Below are positions 8,534 to 17,275 of a stretch of 49,536 nt of DNA, piece by piece. The notes under the pieces are model-generated. The model had not been told where the DNA came from, did no database searches, and saw nothing but the letters and a program-made list of their open reading frames with translations. The position numbers and the translations under genes were made by a program. Source of the DNA: Minisyncoccia bacterium (lineage in GTDB: Bacteria; Patescibacteriota; Minisyncoccia; Phycocordibacterales; UBA918); the NCBI GenBank assembly GCA_047639355.1, contig JBLIOC010000003.1, forward strand, positions 1 through 49,536, given 5' to 3'. Position 1 is the first letter of the stretch. Each line of letters opens with the position of its first letter.

Positions 8534-8815
8534 TTACTTTTTTTTGGTCTTGCGGGTCGCTTTTTTTACTGGCTTCTTAGCTGTCTTTTTTACGGTCTTT
8601 TTTACTACTTTCTTAGCAACCTTCTTCTTGGCTGGCTTTTTCTTGGTAGTTTTCTTTACCGCCTTTTTAGCAACCTTCTTGACTGTCTTCTTTACCACTT
8701 TTTTTGCAGTTGTCTTTACTGCTTTTTTTATGGTCTTCTTTACAGGCTTCTTAGCTACTTTCTTAACAACTCTCTTCGCCGGCTTCTTTGCAACTTTCTT
8801 TTTTGTTGTTGGCAT
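8534..8815 (-). CDS. Lys/Ala/Val/Thr-rich histone H1/HC2-like nucleoid protein
   Basis: From ATG 8815: MPTTKKKVAKKPAKRVVKKVAKKPVKKTIKKAVKTTAKK..., 93 aa of short xxKK-type repeats with no acidic residues. Confidence 0.75.
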   Translation of the reverse strand: MPTTKKKVAKKPAKRVVKKVAKKPVKKTIKKAVKTTAKKVVKKTVKKVAKKAVKKTTKKKPAKKKVAKKVVKKTVKKTAKKPVKKATRKTKKK

Positions 8816-8965
8816 ATTGTGATGAGAAATGGGGTGAATAAAATTTCGACCGCAACACCTTCTCGATTTCAAAGAACAGACAGGGAGAAGATTTTTGCTT
8901 ACACTTATTATGACTTGTTATGAACATAAGTACAATTCCTTTTTGAAAAAAAATTTGGGGATAAA

Positions 8966-9007
8966 AAAAGTGTGTGAAAAGTTTTAAAAAACTTTTCACA
9001 CACTTTT
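8966..9007. repeat. Perfect 20-bp inverted repeat (2-nt spacer)
   Basis: AAAAGTGTGTGAAAAGTTTT-AA-AAAACTTTTCACACACTTTT, between the murB 3' end and the histone-like gene. Confidence 0.9.
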
Positions 9008-9030
9008 AAATTTAATTAAATTAGGAATTT

Positions 9031-10125
9031 TTATGCAGTAATGAAATTTACTTCAGACTCAATCGTGATTCCAAAATTTTCTTCGACCTCTCTAACAATA
9101 AGTGAGGCAAAATCTTGCACATCAACGGTGGTGGCACCTTCTTCAGTAACAATTGAAAGTGAGTGTAGTGGCGACAGTCCAACTACACCCTGACAACGTT
9201 TCTTTCCATAAGTACGCTTATTATACGCGGTACATTCCATTAAAAAAGCAGTTGATACTTTTATAGTTCCATCTGGTAACGACCAGTGCCAAGGAGATAA
9301 TTTTTCACTGACTTTAGAAAAGTTTCTAGCTACTACACCTTCGAGATGAGAAAATTCTTTAGCGTTTAAAATTGTATTTTTAAAAAAGGAACCCGCTGAA
9401 CAAAAACAACCATCAACCATGCCAATATTTTTTCGCACACTGAGTACTACTTGTCGAACATCAGCAAGAGTTGGGTCACTAATATTTTTCTCAAGCAAAA
9501 ACTTTTTGATACTTTGCGACGAACTACGATAAGATAAATTAATTCCTGCGGCAGCGGACGTGAGACGAAAAGTAACTTCTGTAACGATAAGATTTGCGCC
9601 GGCCGACTGCTTGAAAAGACTGTCGCGATATCCAAACTCACATTCCTCTGCAGTTAGCGTTCGTGATTGCTTAGCAGCCACATCGAACACTCTCACTGAT
9701 TCAACTATCTCAGCGACTGACGTACCATAAGCGTTGATGTTTTGAATTGGTGCCGCACCAATCGTGCCTGGTATACCAGAAAGATTCTCGAGTCCGGCCA
9801 GACCACGTTCGATCACCATCGACACAAACGAATCCCACCCTTCGCCGGCGGCTGCAGTAACTAATGTCTCACCGTTTTCGGCCGTCTTAAAAGACATTCC
9901 CATCAACTCGTTCTTTATAACCAACAGCGACAACTCACCATCTGCGATAAGTACATTGGAACCACAACCCAACACTAAAATTGGAACGCCTTTAGATTCG
10001 GCAAACTCAACCATTAGTGGTAAATCAGTGGCGTCCGTTAGCTTGGCAAAATAACGAGCAACACCACCTACTTTTAAGGTGGTGTACTCGGCTAGAGAAA
10101 TTTTCTCCTCTATGCGCAACTTCAT
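9031..10125 (-). CDS. murB: UDP-N-acetylenolpyruvoylglucosamine reductase
   Basis: YTTLKVGG, LGCGSNVL, GLENLSGIPGTIGAAPIQNINAYG, FGYRDSLFK, SAGSFFKN, C-terminal FGITIESEV. Confidence 0.95.
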   Translation of the reverse strand: MKLRIEEKISLAEYTTLKVGGVARYFAKLTDATDLPLMVEFAESKGVPILVLGCGSNVLIADGELSLLVIKNELMGMSFKTAENGETLVTAAAGEGWDSFVSMVIERGLAGLENLSGIPGTIGAAPIQNINAYGTSVAEIVESVRVFDVAAKQSRTLTAEECEFGYRDSLFKQSAGANLIVTEVTFRLTSAAAGINLSYRSSSQSIKKFLLEKNISDPTLADVRQVVLSVRKNIGMVDGCFCSAGSFFKNTILNAKEFSHLEGVVARNFSKVSEKLSPWHWSLPDGTIKVSTAFLMECTAYNKRTYGKKRCQGVVGLSPLHSLSIVTEEGATTVDVQDFASLIVREVEENFGITIESEVNFITA

Positions 10126-10131
10126 ACAATA

Positions 10132-12360
10132 TTATTGCTGACAGCCTTCTTCTGGTTTACGACCATTCTCGATATTCTCAACTATACAAGTAGCTGTTAG
10201 TGCAAAATCTGGTACTTTAACTTTAGCTTCCTCAAGGGTGGTAATGGCTTTTTCATTTTCACCTTGTTTGTAATAAAGAAACGCTAAAGTTGCCCATGTT
10301 TGTGGGTTAGTAGCCCAACTTTGACCTCTTTCGGGCTTAGTGTTTACTCGATACTCAAATAATTCCGTTACAAAAGCAAACTGACCAGCATTATTAGCAG
10401 CACCGACAAGGAAGTCACTTGCTGCAAATCTCTTTAAGAGAGTCTCATCACTTATTTCAGGATTATCACTGTGCATCAAAGCGATAGCAGCTTCTGGTTC
10501 TTTTACGTAGAAAAGTGAACCGGCATAATATTCACGCGCTTCAAGATTACGTTCGTCTAATTCAAAGCCAACTTGCAATAACTGTCGAGCCTTTTCGTTT
10601 TCACTTCTTGAAAGTTCAACAAAGCCTTGTTGAATAATAATTGCCTGTTTGTTAGGTGAAAATTGACGAGCTAGTGCAAACTGTTCTTCTGCTTTGTCTA
10701 ACTGGCTGGTAGAACGGTAGTAACTACCTATAAAAACGTGAATTCTTGCATCACCAGGCTTTTCTTCTGCCAAGCGCTTAAGTTCTCTTTCAGCGGCTGT
10801 GATGTAAGCCTGACGAACTTCATCAGATACTTTTTTGTTACCAGCAAAACTAATTGCCTGTTGAGCGAGCTGTTCGGTAATTTCTTGATGAGCGAATGAA
10901 TCGCGTTCTAAAGCTAAATCAAACGCGGCCAACCTCTCAGTTGGGTTTTGTGATCGAAAACCTTCGATCATATCTCCAGCAGCCTGCATTCCCGGCATAT
11001 GATAGAAATAAATACCGGCCACCAAGAGCGCTGCTGTTATTGGAGCTGCAAATTGTGTGACTATGATTTTATCAACCTTAAAGTTCGCCAGTTTGTTTGG
11101 GACTATCCCCACTCGTGAATTAATCAAACCAAGAATGACTGCAAAGAAGATGTAACTCACTATATTATCAAACACAACAAGATTGTGGGTGAAATAACCA
11201 GCGAGTATTCCCAGGAGAACTCCTCGTTCAACAACGGTGAAGGCGTTATCGTCTTTATCTCTAAAAGGTCGGACCAGTAGGTAGTATAAGCACCAGCCAA
11301 ATATACTTAGGTAGACGATTAGTCCTAGGAAACCGCCTGTAACCAACCAGTCCATAAAGATATTGTGCGAACGATCAAACCATTGTTCCTGAGCATAAAG
11401 TCGAGGATCGTAGTTCTGATTGAAGACATAGTTGAAGTTACTCTGCCCGTAACCAAGAACGGGTCGTTCCTTAACCCCTTCCCAAGCCGCGCTCCAAATA
11501 ATGCCTCGAATTTTTAGGTCATCTAGTGAGATGTTGGCGATACGCGCCATATTGGGATTATTTTGAATGAAAGTTGAATCACGCGCTCCAACGAATGCTC
11601 CGACGGCCAACAAGAGGAATACGAATCCCCCAATGGCGTACTTTCGATACTCATTCAATTGGGTAGAAAAAAGTCCAATGTACGCCGACATCACCATGAC
11701 TCCAACAGCTAGACCAATGGCTGTACCACGAGTACCGGTTTCAATAAGAACAAAGGTAAACATGGTAGCAAGAACCCCATATAAAACTTTATGCATAACG
11801 TTTTTAGTCTCCACAAATAACCAAAAGGCGATGAAGACGTGGAAGAGCATGTAAATCGCCATGTAGGCTGCGTTACCGAGCCTACTGTCGATACGGTTAT
11901 TACCTTCAATAAGGCCACCGTACTGCGCCAGACCATAAAACGCCACGATGAAGGCAACAACTAACGAAGTATTGAGTAGATACTGCCAATGCTTTTTAGT
12001 TGAGAGCACCGAACCTAGAACCAACATATATAAGAATGTATGTACAAGTGATACATAGCCATCCATACGCTCAAAATTACTCCAAAAGCTTGAACGTGGA
12101 TGCTCACCATAGAGATTAGCAAAGAACATTACGATAAGTAGTGCCCCAAAACTCCAGACTATTCCTGAGATTCTTGGTCGATACTTCACTTCATACATAG
12201 CCAAGATAATCCAGGCTGCAAACACGACATCAATAATTATTCTAAACCCGAAGTTTTTACCAGTAATATAAGGGAAGAAATAATCATTCTCTACATAGAG
12301 GGTAAGGAACGGGACCGCAAAAAGTCCTGCAAATACTACCGCTTTCAAAACATCTTTCAT
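10132..12360 (-). CDS. O-antigen ligase-like (Wzy_C) membrane protein with C-terminal TPR repeats; possible O-oligosaccharyltransferase
   Basis: About 12 TM segments; SRLGNAAY, TGTRGT, GYGQSNF, DRSHNIFMDWLVTGGFLGL; TPR-like tail. The start was moved to MKDVLK (ATG 12360, TGGTATAGT 9 nt upstream). Confidence 0.85.
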   Translation of the reverse strand: MKDVLKAVVFAGLFAVPFLTLYVENDYFFPYITGKNFGFRIIIDVVFAAWIILAMYEVKYRPRISGIVWSFGALLIVMFFANLYGEHPRSSFWSNFERMDGYVSLVHTFLYMLVLGSVLSTKKHWQYLLNTSLVVAFIVAFYGLAQYGGLIEGNNRIDSRLGNAAYMAIYMLFHVFIAFWLFVETKNVMHKVLYGVLATMFTFVLIETGTRGTAIGLAVGVMVMSAYIGLFSTQLNEYRKYAIGGFVFLLLAVGAFVGARDSTFIQNNPNMARIANISLDDLKIRGIIWSAAWEGVKERPVLGYGQSNFNYVFNQNYDPRLYAQEQWFDRSHNIFMDWLVTGGFLGLIVYLSIFGWCLYYLLVRPFRDKDDNAFTVVERGVLLGILAGYFTHNLVVFDNIVSYIFFAVILGLINSRVGIVPNKLANFKVDKIIVTQFAAPITAALLVAGIYFYHMPGMQAAGDMIEGFRSQNPTERLAAFDLALERDSFAHQEITEQLAQQAISFAGNKKVSDEVRQAYITAAERELKRLAEEKPGDARIHVFIGSYYRSTSQLDKAEEQFALARQFSPNKQAIIIQQGFVELSRSENEKARQLLQVGFELDERNLEAREYYAGSLFYVKEPEAAIALMHSDNPEISDETLLKRFAASDFLVGAANNAGQFAFVTELFEYRVNTKPERGQSWATNPQTWATLAFLYYKQGENEKAITTLEEAKVKVPDFALTATCIVENIENGRKPEEGCQQ

Positions 12361-12442
12361 ATGGGTGACACTATACCACGCCAAAACCCGCAAGAATCCC
12401 TAGACGAAAGGAAAAATGGAGGTATAGATGGCAATAGAAACT

Positions 12443-12459
12443 CCGGCGCTACGCGCCGG
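12443..12459 (-). terminator. Hairpin/terminator after the toxin gene
   Basis: CCGGCGC-TAC-GCGCCGG, then AGTTTC on the minus strand. Confidence 0.55.
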
Positions 12460-12464
12460 CCTTT

Positions 12465-12722
12465 CTACTCATACAGCTCGCTATGGGTGCCAATTTCGTA
12501 GAAAGTGACAACTGTTTCCGAAATAATAAATATTGCGAGATAATCACCAGTTATATTCATGCTCTGCATAGGATACTTAGCACCTCGTAATAAATGCACT
12601 TTAAGAAGAGGGTGATTCTTTTCATTTAGCAATAATTTTAACCGCGCACTAAACTGAGCTTGTACCTTGGGAGATAGTTTTTTAAACTGCTTTTTAAATG
12701 TCCTACGAAAAACAATTTCCAT
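12465..12722 (-). CDS. Type II TA toxin, RelE/YafQ family
   Basis: 85 aa; FKKQFKKL, HPLLKVHLLRG, C-terminal EIGTHSELY. Confidence 0.85.
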   Translation of the reverse strand: MEIVFRRTFKKQFKKLSPKVQAQFSARLKLLLNEKNHPLLKVHLLRGAKYPMQSMNITGDYLAIFIISETVVTFYEIGTHSELYE

Positions 12723-12725
12723 AGC

Positions 12726-12998
12726 TTACTTATTCAGCCAGGACATTGCATCTTTTGCACTATTGAATGTTGGGGATACATTCTTTCTAGCCTCTGCCTC
12801 AACAACAGCCTTTTCCAGTCGTTTGGCAACTTCTGGGCGAAGTCGTGGCTCACCACGTAAAGTAAACTCTCCAGAACGAACAAATTCTTTGAGGTAAGAA
12901 TTTACCACCACCGAAAGAGGTACTCCAAGATACTTCGCCAAGGCCTGTGCCTGTTCCTTTACCTCAACATCAGTTTTCACATTTAAGACTGTTTTCAT
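12726..12998 (-). CDS. Type II TA antitoxin, RelB/DinJ family
   Basis: MKTVLNVKTDVEVKEQAQALAKYLGVPLSVVVNSYLKEFVR is an RHH-like N-terminus; C-terminal SPTFNSAKDAMSWL; directly upstream of the toxin. Confidence 0.85.
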   Translation of the reverse strand: MKTVLNVKTDVEVKEQAQALAKYLGVPLSVVVNSYLKEFVRSGEFTLRGEPRLRPEVAKRLEKAVVEAEARKNVSPTFNSAKDAMSWLNK

Positions 12999-13006
12999 AT
13001 ATAACC

Positions 13007-13034
13007 ATTGTATATACAACAGTTATATTGTCAA
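13007..13034 (-). promoter_or_regulatory. Sigma70-type promoter of the TA operon with an overlapping palindromic operator
   Basis: TTGACA (13034-13029)-N16-TACAAT (13012-13007). The perfect palindrome TTGTATATACAA (13008-13019) overlaps the -10. The ATG is 8 nt downstream. Confidence 0.75.
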
Positions 13035-13063
13035 TATTTATCTTGGGAATATAAAATCAGCAT

Positions 13064-13086
13064 CTGCGGAGGGTGGCCCTCCGCAG
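13064..13086. repeat. GC-rich hairpin (terminator or REP-like)
   Basis: CTGCGGAGGG-TGG-CCCTCCGCAG, a perfect 10-bp stem. Confidence 0.6.
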
Positions 13087-13117
13087 GGATGAGCCGGTTT
13101 AAAATTGGTTAAACTTA

Positions 13118-13433
13118 TTAAATTCGTTTTTTAGCAGAATTTGTCCTATATCCTACGGCCAAGATAATATCGAGTGAGTATAGCGAAACAGGTTTATCTG
13201 AGTCAGCAATGTGCATTTTTTGCACATTGCTTTTCTGATTCACCTCCCCACTCTTAAAAACATTACCAATGTGTTTAGTCACAACAGAGCGCTCTATTTC
13301 GTACACCTCAGCAATCTGTGCCTGAGTTGCCCAGACAGTGTCATTGGAAAAATATCCACGCAACTTCAAGGCGCCAGACTTAGTCTGGTAAATTACCAAA
13401 CTTTTTTAGGCTTTCTGTTTGATTCTTCTTCAT
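13118..13433 (-). pseudogene. RhuM-like (virulence RhuM / Fic-associated) N-terminal fragment, frameshifted and truncated
   Basis: VIYQTKSGA...TVWATQAQIAEVY...HIGNVFKSGEV...KPVSLYSLDIILAVGYRTNS is the RhuM N-terminal signature. ATG 13433 (TGATATAAT 7 nt upstream) is out of frame across an A6 run, and the ORF stops just after RTNSAK. Confidence 0.75.
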
Positions 13434-13461
13434 GCCGTAAATTATATCACTTTACCAACCG

Positions 13462-13498
13462 CTTTCCCCGCAATATAGCAGCTATTTTGCGGGGAAAG
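13462..13498. terminator. 18-bp inverted repeat after the wHTH gene
   Basis: CTTTCCCCGCAATATAGC-A-GCTATTTTGCGGGGAAAG with one mismatch. Confidence 0.65.
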
Positions 13499-13499
13499 A

Positions 13500-13850
13500 C
13501 TATTCTACTGGAGTATAGAAAGTACCTCTTCCGATACCTTGTCGCTTGAGCTTTCCAGCCTTGGTAAGTGTTCGTAGATAGGTGCTGGCCGTACGGTCAC
13601 TAATACAAAACAAATCCTCAACGCCATCGTTGGTGATTCGTTCGTCTATCTTGGCGGCTTGCAAGATTCGGTCTAAGCGGCGCTCAGTCCGCTTGGCCAC
13701 GGCAATGTGGGCAGATTGTCGCACAGCGCCACTTTCCTCATCATCAGAAAATAACGGCGAGGCTTGTCGAGTAGACACCTCTCTCACGTACCACCCAACG
13801 AGTGAACCAACCAAGAGGCCACTCGCGATTCCCATAAAAAATAGTTCCAT
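13500..13850 (-). CDS. Small membrane-anchored protein with C-terminal winged HTH
   Basis: N-terminal TM (MELFFMGIASGLLVGSLVGWYV); C-terminal ITNDGVEDLFCISDRTASTYLRTLTKAGKLKRQGIGRGTFY. The start was moved to ATG 13850 (TGGTATACT 6 nt upstream), which removes the overlap with the nuclease gene. Confidence 0.75.
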   Translation of the reverse strand: MELFFMGIASGLLVGSLVGWYVREVSTRQASPLFSDDEESGAVRQSAHIAVAKRTERRLDRILQAAKIDERITNDGVEDLFCISDRTASTYLRTLTKAGKLKRQGIGRGTFYTPVE

Positions 13851-13875
13851 ATCAAAAGTATACCAACTCTCTCCC

Positions 13876-14607
13876 TTAAAAGGTATTGCTGCAAGAAACT
13901 GAGCGAGTGAAGCCGGCAGCTTCAGCTTCGGCCTCGGTGCAGAAGTACGCTTCACCCTTGCTCGTATCGACTTTTATCCGATTGTAATTCGGACAACCTT
14001 CATAAAAATAATTTCTGCCGTATGATTTATCAGAAATATTACCCTTAATAAGGCAATTAGGGTCGGCCGGATGACTATCTGATTGCATCTCACTTTTCTT
14101 ATCTACCTGTTCACAAGCACCCCACAGACCTAGTCCTGCTCGCCTAGCTTCATCTTGAGCTGTTGCAAGTAGGTCACGATAACGATTGTCAGGGGCGACG
14201 GCCAGTGTTTTGGCGTGTCCGGCGCGCACCATCGCATCATTTACTAATTCATCATCTTCATCCACCTCATCGGCTACCAAATAAACGTACCTTAGGAGTC
14301 GGTCAAAGAAGTCGGCTCCACTAATATCTTTTTCTACCCGCACATGCTTCCCTGCAACCAAACTCTCTAGAAAAGCCGAAGCTTCATCATAACCACAAGC
14401 GCCTCGCTCTGGAGAATCAATTCCAATTAACCTTATTCGAACATCATTTTCTAAATCGAGAGTATCACCGTCTACCACCTGCACCACCTGATGAACACTT
14501 GATTCAAAAATATCCGCATCATTATTGCGAATCACTGTATAGCCGTACCCGGCGGCTCCACCGGCCAACAAGAAAGCAATAACTGAACCTAGAACTGTCT
14601 TTTGCAT
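13876..14607 (-). CDS. Membrane-anchored thermonuclease (SNase) with Cys-containing C-terminal domain
   Basis: VVDGDTL, IRLIGIDSPE, DFFDRLLRYVY, QDEARRAGLGLWG; tail CLIKGNIS...GCPNY...YFCTEAEAEAAGF. Confidence 0.9.
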   Translation of the reverse strand: MQKTVLGSVIAFLLAGGAAGYGYTVIRNNDADIFESSVHQVVQVVDGDTLDLENDVRIRLIGIDSPERGACGYDEASAFLESLVAGKHVRVEKDISGADFFDRLLRYVYLVADEVDEDDELVNDAMVRAGHAKTLAVAPDNRYRDLLATAQDEARRAGLGLWGACEQVDKKSEMQSDSHPADPNCLIKGNISDKSYGRNYFYEGCPNYNRIKVDTSKGEAYFCTEAEAEAAGFTRSVSCSNTF

Positions 14608-14724
14608 TACCTAAAGTATACCAACAGAATCGTATGCAAAACTTGCCCCCAGTAAATATCCTCCGACTATAAGAAAGAGAGCGAGCACAACCATTAAGTA
14701 CCGACGGAGTTTCATACTTTTATA

Positions 14725-16383
14725 TTACCGCAAAACTATTTTACTTTCACTACGTAAATAATCTAATACCTGCTCTACACCATCCTCGGCACTGGTCGTT
14801 GTAGTATCAATAACCAAATCAGGATTCACTGGCTCCTCGTACGGGTCGTCAATGCCGGTAAATCCTTTGATGATTCCCTTTCTTGCCTTCTCATACAAAC
14901 CCTTCACGTCACGTTTTTCACATACCTCAAGAGGTGTTGAGACATGTATTTCAATAAAAGATCCGTGGTTTTCTACTAATTCTCTCGCTTGGGCCCGAGC
15001 TTGGGCATATGGAGCAATCAAAGCGCAAACTGCTACACCGCTGTGTTTGGTAATTTCGCTGGCCACATAGCCTACACGCTGCACATTCAAGTTTCTATGC
15101 TCTTTGGAAAAACCCAACTCACTGGTGAGATGATTACGAATCACATCACCATCAAGTAGCGTCACTTCTTTATCTTGTACCTCTAAAAGTTTACTGGTAA
15201 GAATATTGGCAATTGTCGACTTCCCCGAGCCCGATAAGCCGGTGAGAAAAATTGTTACTCCGCGGCGTTGTTGTTTTTTAACACCAACTCGCAATTCGGC
15301 GATACTTTCAGGAAACGAAAACCACTCGGGAATTTCCTCGCCGGCAAATAACTTCCGACGAAACTCGGTACCAGAAATACTCTCCATACTTTCGCCCTCT
15401 ACCATTTCATCAACGCTTGCGTACCCACCTCGGGTCGGCACGTAAGCTAACTCAGCACTAGGTACTACTTCAATTCCGATTTCTTTTGCGTACTGCAAAG
15501 CCCAATCTCGAGCTTCATATGGTCCATAAAATGGCTCACCCTGGCTATCCTGGCCAGGCCCGGCATGATCTCTCCCCACAATAAAATGTGTAATGCCGTA
15601 ATTCTTTCGAATAATCATGTGCCACAGAGCCTCACGAGGCCCAGCCATCCGCATCGCTAGTGGCAAAAGAGCCAGAGAGGTGAATTCTTTACCATATGTA
15701 TCACACACCACCTGGTAGGTACGAACGCGGGTTATGTAATCAATATCACCTTCACGAGTCATACCGACCACTGGATGAACCAAGACTGGCGCACCAGTCG
15801 CTTCGTGAGCTCGCTTCACCAATTCAAAGTGAACTCGGTGCATTGGGTTACGGGTCTGGAACGCTACCACCTTGTCCCAACCCTTATCTTTAAATACTTG
15901 CTTCAGCTCGGCCGGTGTATAACGATAGTCTTTAAAATCGTGTCTAGCCTCAAGTTGGAGTTGGTGAATAGTTCCACCTATATACGTATCGTGCATCTGG
16001 TTCAATACATACCTCACACCTGGATGCACCATGTCTTTTGTTCCATACACTCCAATTACTTCAGCTTGTTTATCTGGCTGATAGCGACTTTCTATATCCA
16101 TCACAGCAAGAGGGTTCCCGTAGGGGTCACAAAGTACAATCGACTCCCCTACCTTAAAATCAGCACTGTCAGGAATATCGAGAACCACCGGCACCGGCCA
16201 GAGCGAACCATCATCCAACCGCATCTCCTTCACAACAGAGCGATAATCCTCCTCATTCAAAAACCCAGTTAACGGCGCAAACCCACCCACCATCAACATC
16301 TCCAAATCAAACAGCTGCCTATCCTTAAGATTAAAGCGCTTTAGGTTGAGGGTTGATTGTGTAGTAAGTTGTTGTTTTGACAT
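14725..16383 (-). CDS. sat: Bifunctional sulfate adenylyltransferase / adenylylsulfate kinase (Sat-CysC, PAPS synthase)
   Basis: GGFAPLTGF, AFQTRNPMHRVH, MRMAGPREA, HFIVGRDHAG; kinase domain FLTGLSGSGKST, LLDGD, RDVKGLY, FTGIDDPYEEP. Confidence 0.96.
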   Translation of the reverse strand: MSKQQLTTQSTLNLKRFNLKDRQLFDLEMLMVGGFAPLTGFLNEEDYRSVVKEMRLDDGSLWPVPVVLDIPDSADFKVGESIVLCDPYGNPLAVMDIESRYQPDKQAEVIGVYGTKDMVHPGVRYVLNQMHDTYIGGTIHQLQLEARHDFKDYRYTPAELKQVFKDKGWDKVVAFQTRNPMHRVHFELVKRAHEATGAPVLVHPVVGMTREGDIDYITRVRTYQVVCDTYGKEFTSLALLPLAMRMAGPREALWHMIIRKNYGITHFIVGRDHAGPGQDSQGEPFYGPYEARDWALQYAKEIGIEVVPSAELAYVPTRGGYASVDEMVEGESMESISGTEFRRKLFAGEEIPEWFSFPESIAELRVGVKKQQRRGVTIFLTGLSGSGKSTIANILTSKLLEVQDKEVTLLDGDVIRNHLTSELGFSKEHRNLNVQRVGYVASEITKHSGVAVCALIAPYAQARAQARELVENHGSFIEIHVSTPLEVCEKRDVKGLYEKARKGIIKGFTGIDDPYEEPVNPDLVIDTTTTSAEDGVEQVLDYLRSESKIVLR

Positions 16384-16487
16384 AAAGCTTATAACTAAAC
16401 AGAAATGATTTGGTTACTATTTTACCAAAGTATATAGTAAACAAATCACTATTCCCATCTTATGGATTTTTGTGCGAGAATACACTC

Positions 16488-17213
16488 ATGCCTTCTCTTA
16501 AAAAATACTTGAAAAAAGTAATCCCTTCTCGACTTCATTTCAAAGCAGTGAGCCTGAAACACAAGTTTACAAAATTTAAAAATACTTACTATTCACAAAA
16601 TGGCGAAGACATAATACTTAGTTCTTTGTTTCCAAAAAACTATAGGGGTTTTTATGTAGATGTCGGTGCACATCACCCATACAGGATTTCCAACACTTAC
16701 CTTCTCCATAAACTGGGCTGGAAAGGTATTAACATTGACGCCAACCCTGAAACTATCCAACTTTTTGAAAAAGCTCGACCACACGACATCAACCTTAATG
16801 TGGGAGTTGGAAGAATAGACACAATGTCCACTTATTACACATTCAGCGATCCGGCTGTAAATACCTTTAGTCAAACCGACGCTGAACACTGGAAGAAAAA
16901 AACCTTCCTTGAATTTCTAGGTACGACTACTGTACAAATTAGACCACTGGATAAAATTTTAGAAGAATATCTTCCAAGGGAATCTCAATCAATTGACATC
17001 CTTAGCGTGGACGTCGAAGGACTTGATTTAGAGGTTCTTCAATCAAACAATTGGGAGAAGTATTCTCCTCGAGTCATAGTGGCTGAAGACCATGATTTTA
17101 ATCTAGAACAGATGTCTAAAAATCCTATATATAATTTATTACGTGAAAAAGGATATCTTCTATCTGACAAAGTTAAGTTTTCCCTTATATTTGTCAAAGA
17201 TGATAAAAAATAA
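16488..17213 (+). CDS. FkbM family methyltransferase
   Basis: YSQNGED, FYVDVGAHHP, SNTY, GWKGINIDAN, IDILSVDVEGLDLEVLQS. The start was moved to MPSLKK. Confidence 0.9.
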   Translation: MPSLKKYLKKVIPSRLHFKAVSLKHKFTKFKNTYYSQNGEDIILSSLFPKNYRGFYVDVGAHHPYRISNTYLLHKLGWKGINIDANPETIQLFEKARPHDINLNVGVGRIDTMSTYYTFSDPAVNTFSQTDAEHWKKKTFLEFLGTTTVQIRPLDKILEEYLPRESQSIDILSVDVEGLDLEVLQSNNWEKYSPRVIVAEDHDFNLEQMSKNPIYNLLREKGYLLSDKVKFSLIFVKDDKK

Positions 17214-17227
17214 ACAAGTTAAGCTAA

Positions 17228-17261
17228 TTTTAAAAGCCTGCAAAAATGCAGGCCTTTAAAA
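17228..17261. terminator. Bidirectional terminator between convergent genes
   Basis: TTTTAAAAGCCTGCA-AAAA-TGCAGGCCTTTAAAA with one mismatch. Confidence 0.7.
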
Positions 17262-17275
17262 TGTCTTCAAGTTTA

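Noticed and set aside
8361-8923. Plus-strand Phe/Leu-rich 'membrane protein' ORFs (8361..8822, 8531..8923)
   Set aside because: They are antisense shadows of the Lys-rich gene: AAA/AAG codons read as TTT/CTT.
8763-8999. 78-aa ORF upstream of and overlapping the histone-like gene
   Set aside because: It runs through the AT-rich palindrome, has no recognisable motif and overlaps a better-supported gene.
14725-16383. Sat as a marker of dissimilatory sulfate reduction or sulfur oxidation
   Set aside because: It is fused to APS kinase, and no apr/dsr/sox genes are in the window; the context is biosynthetic.
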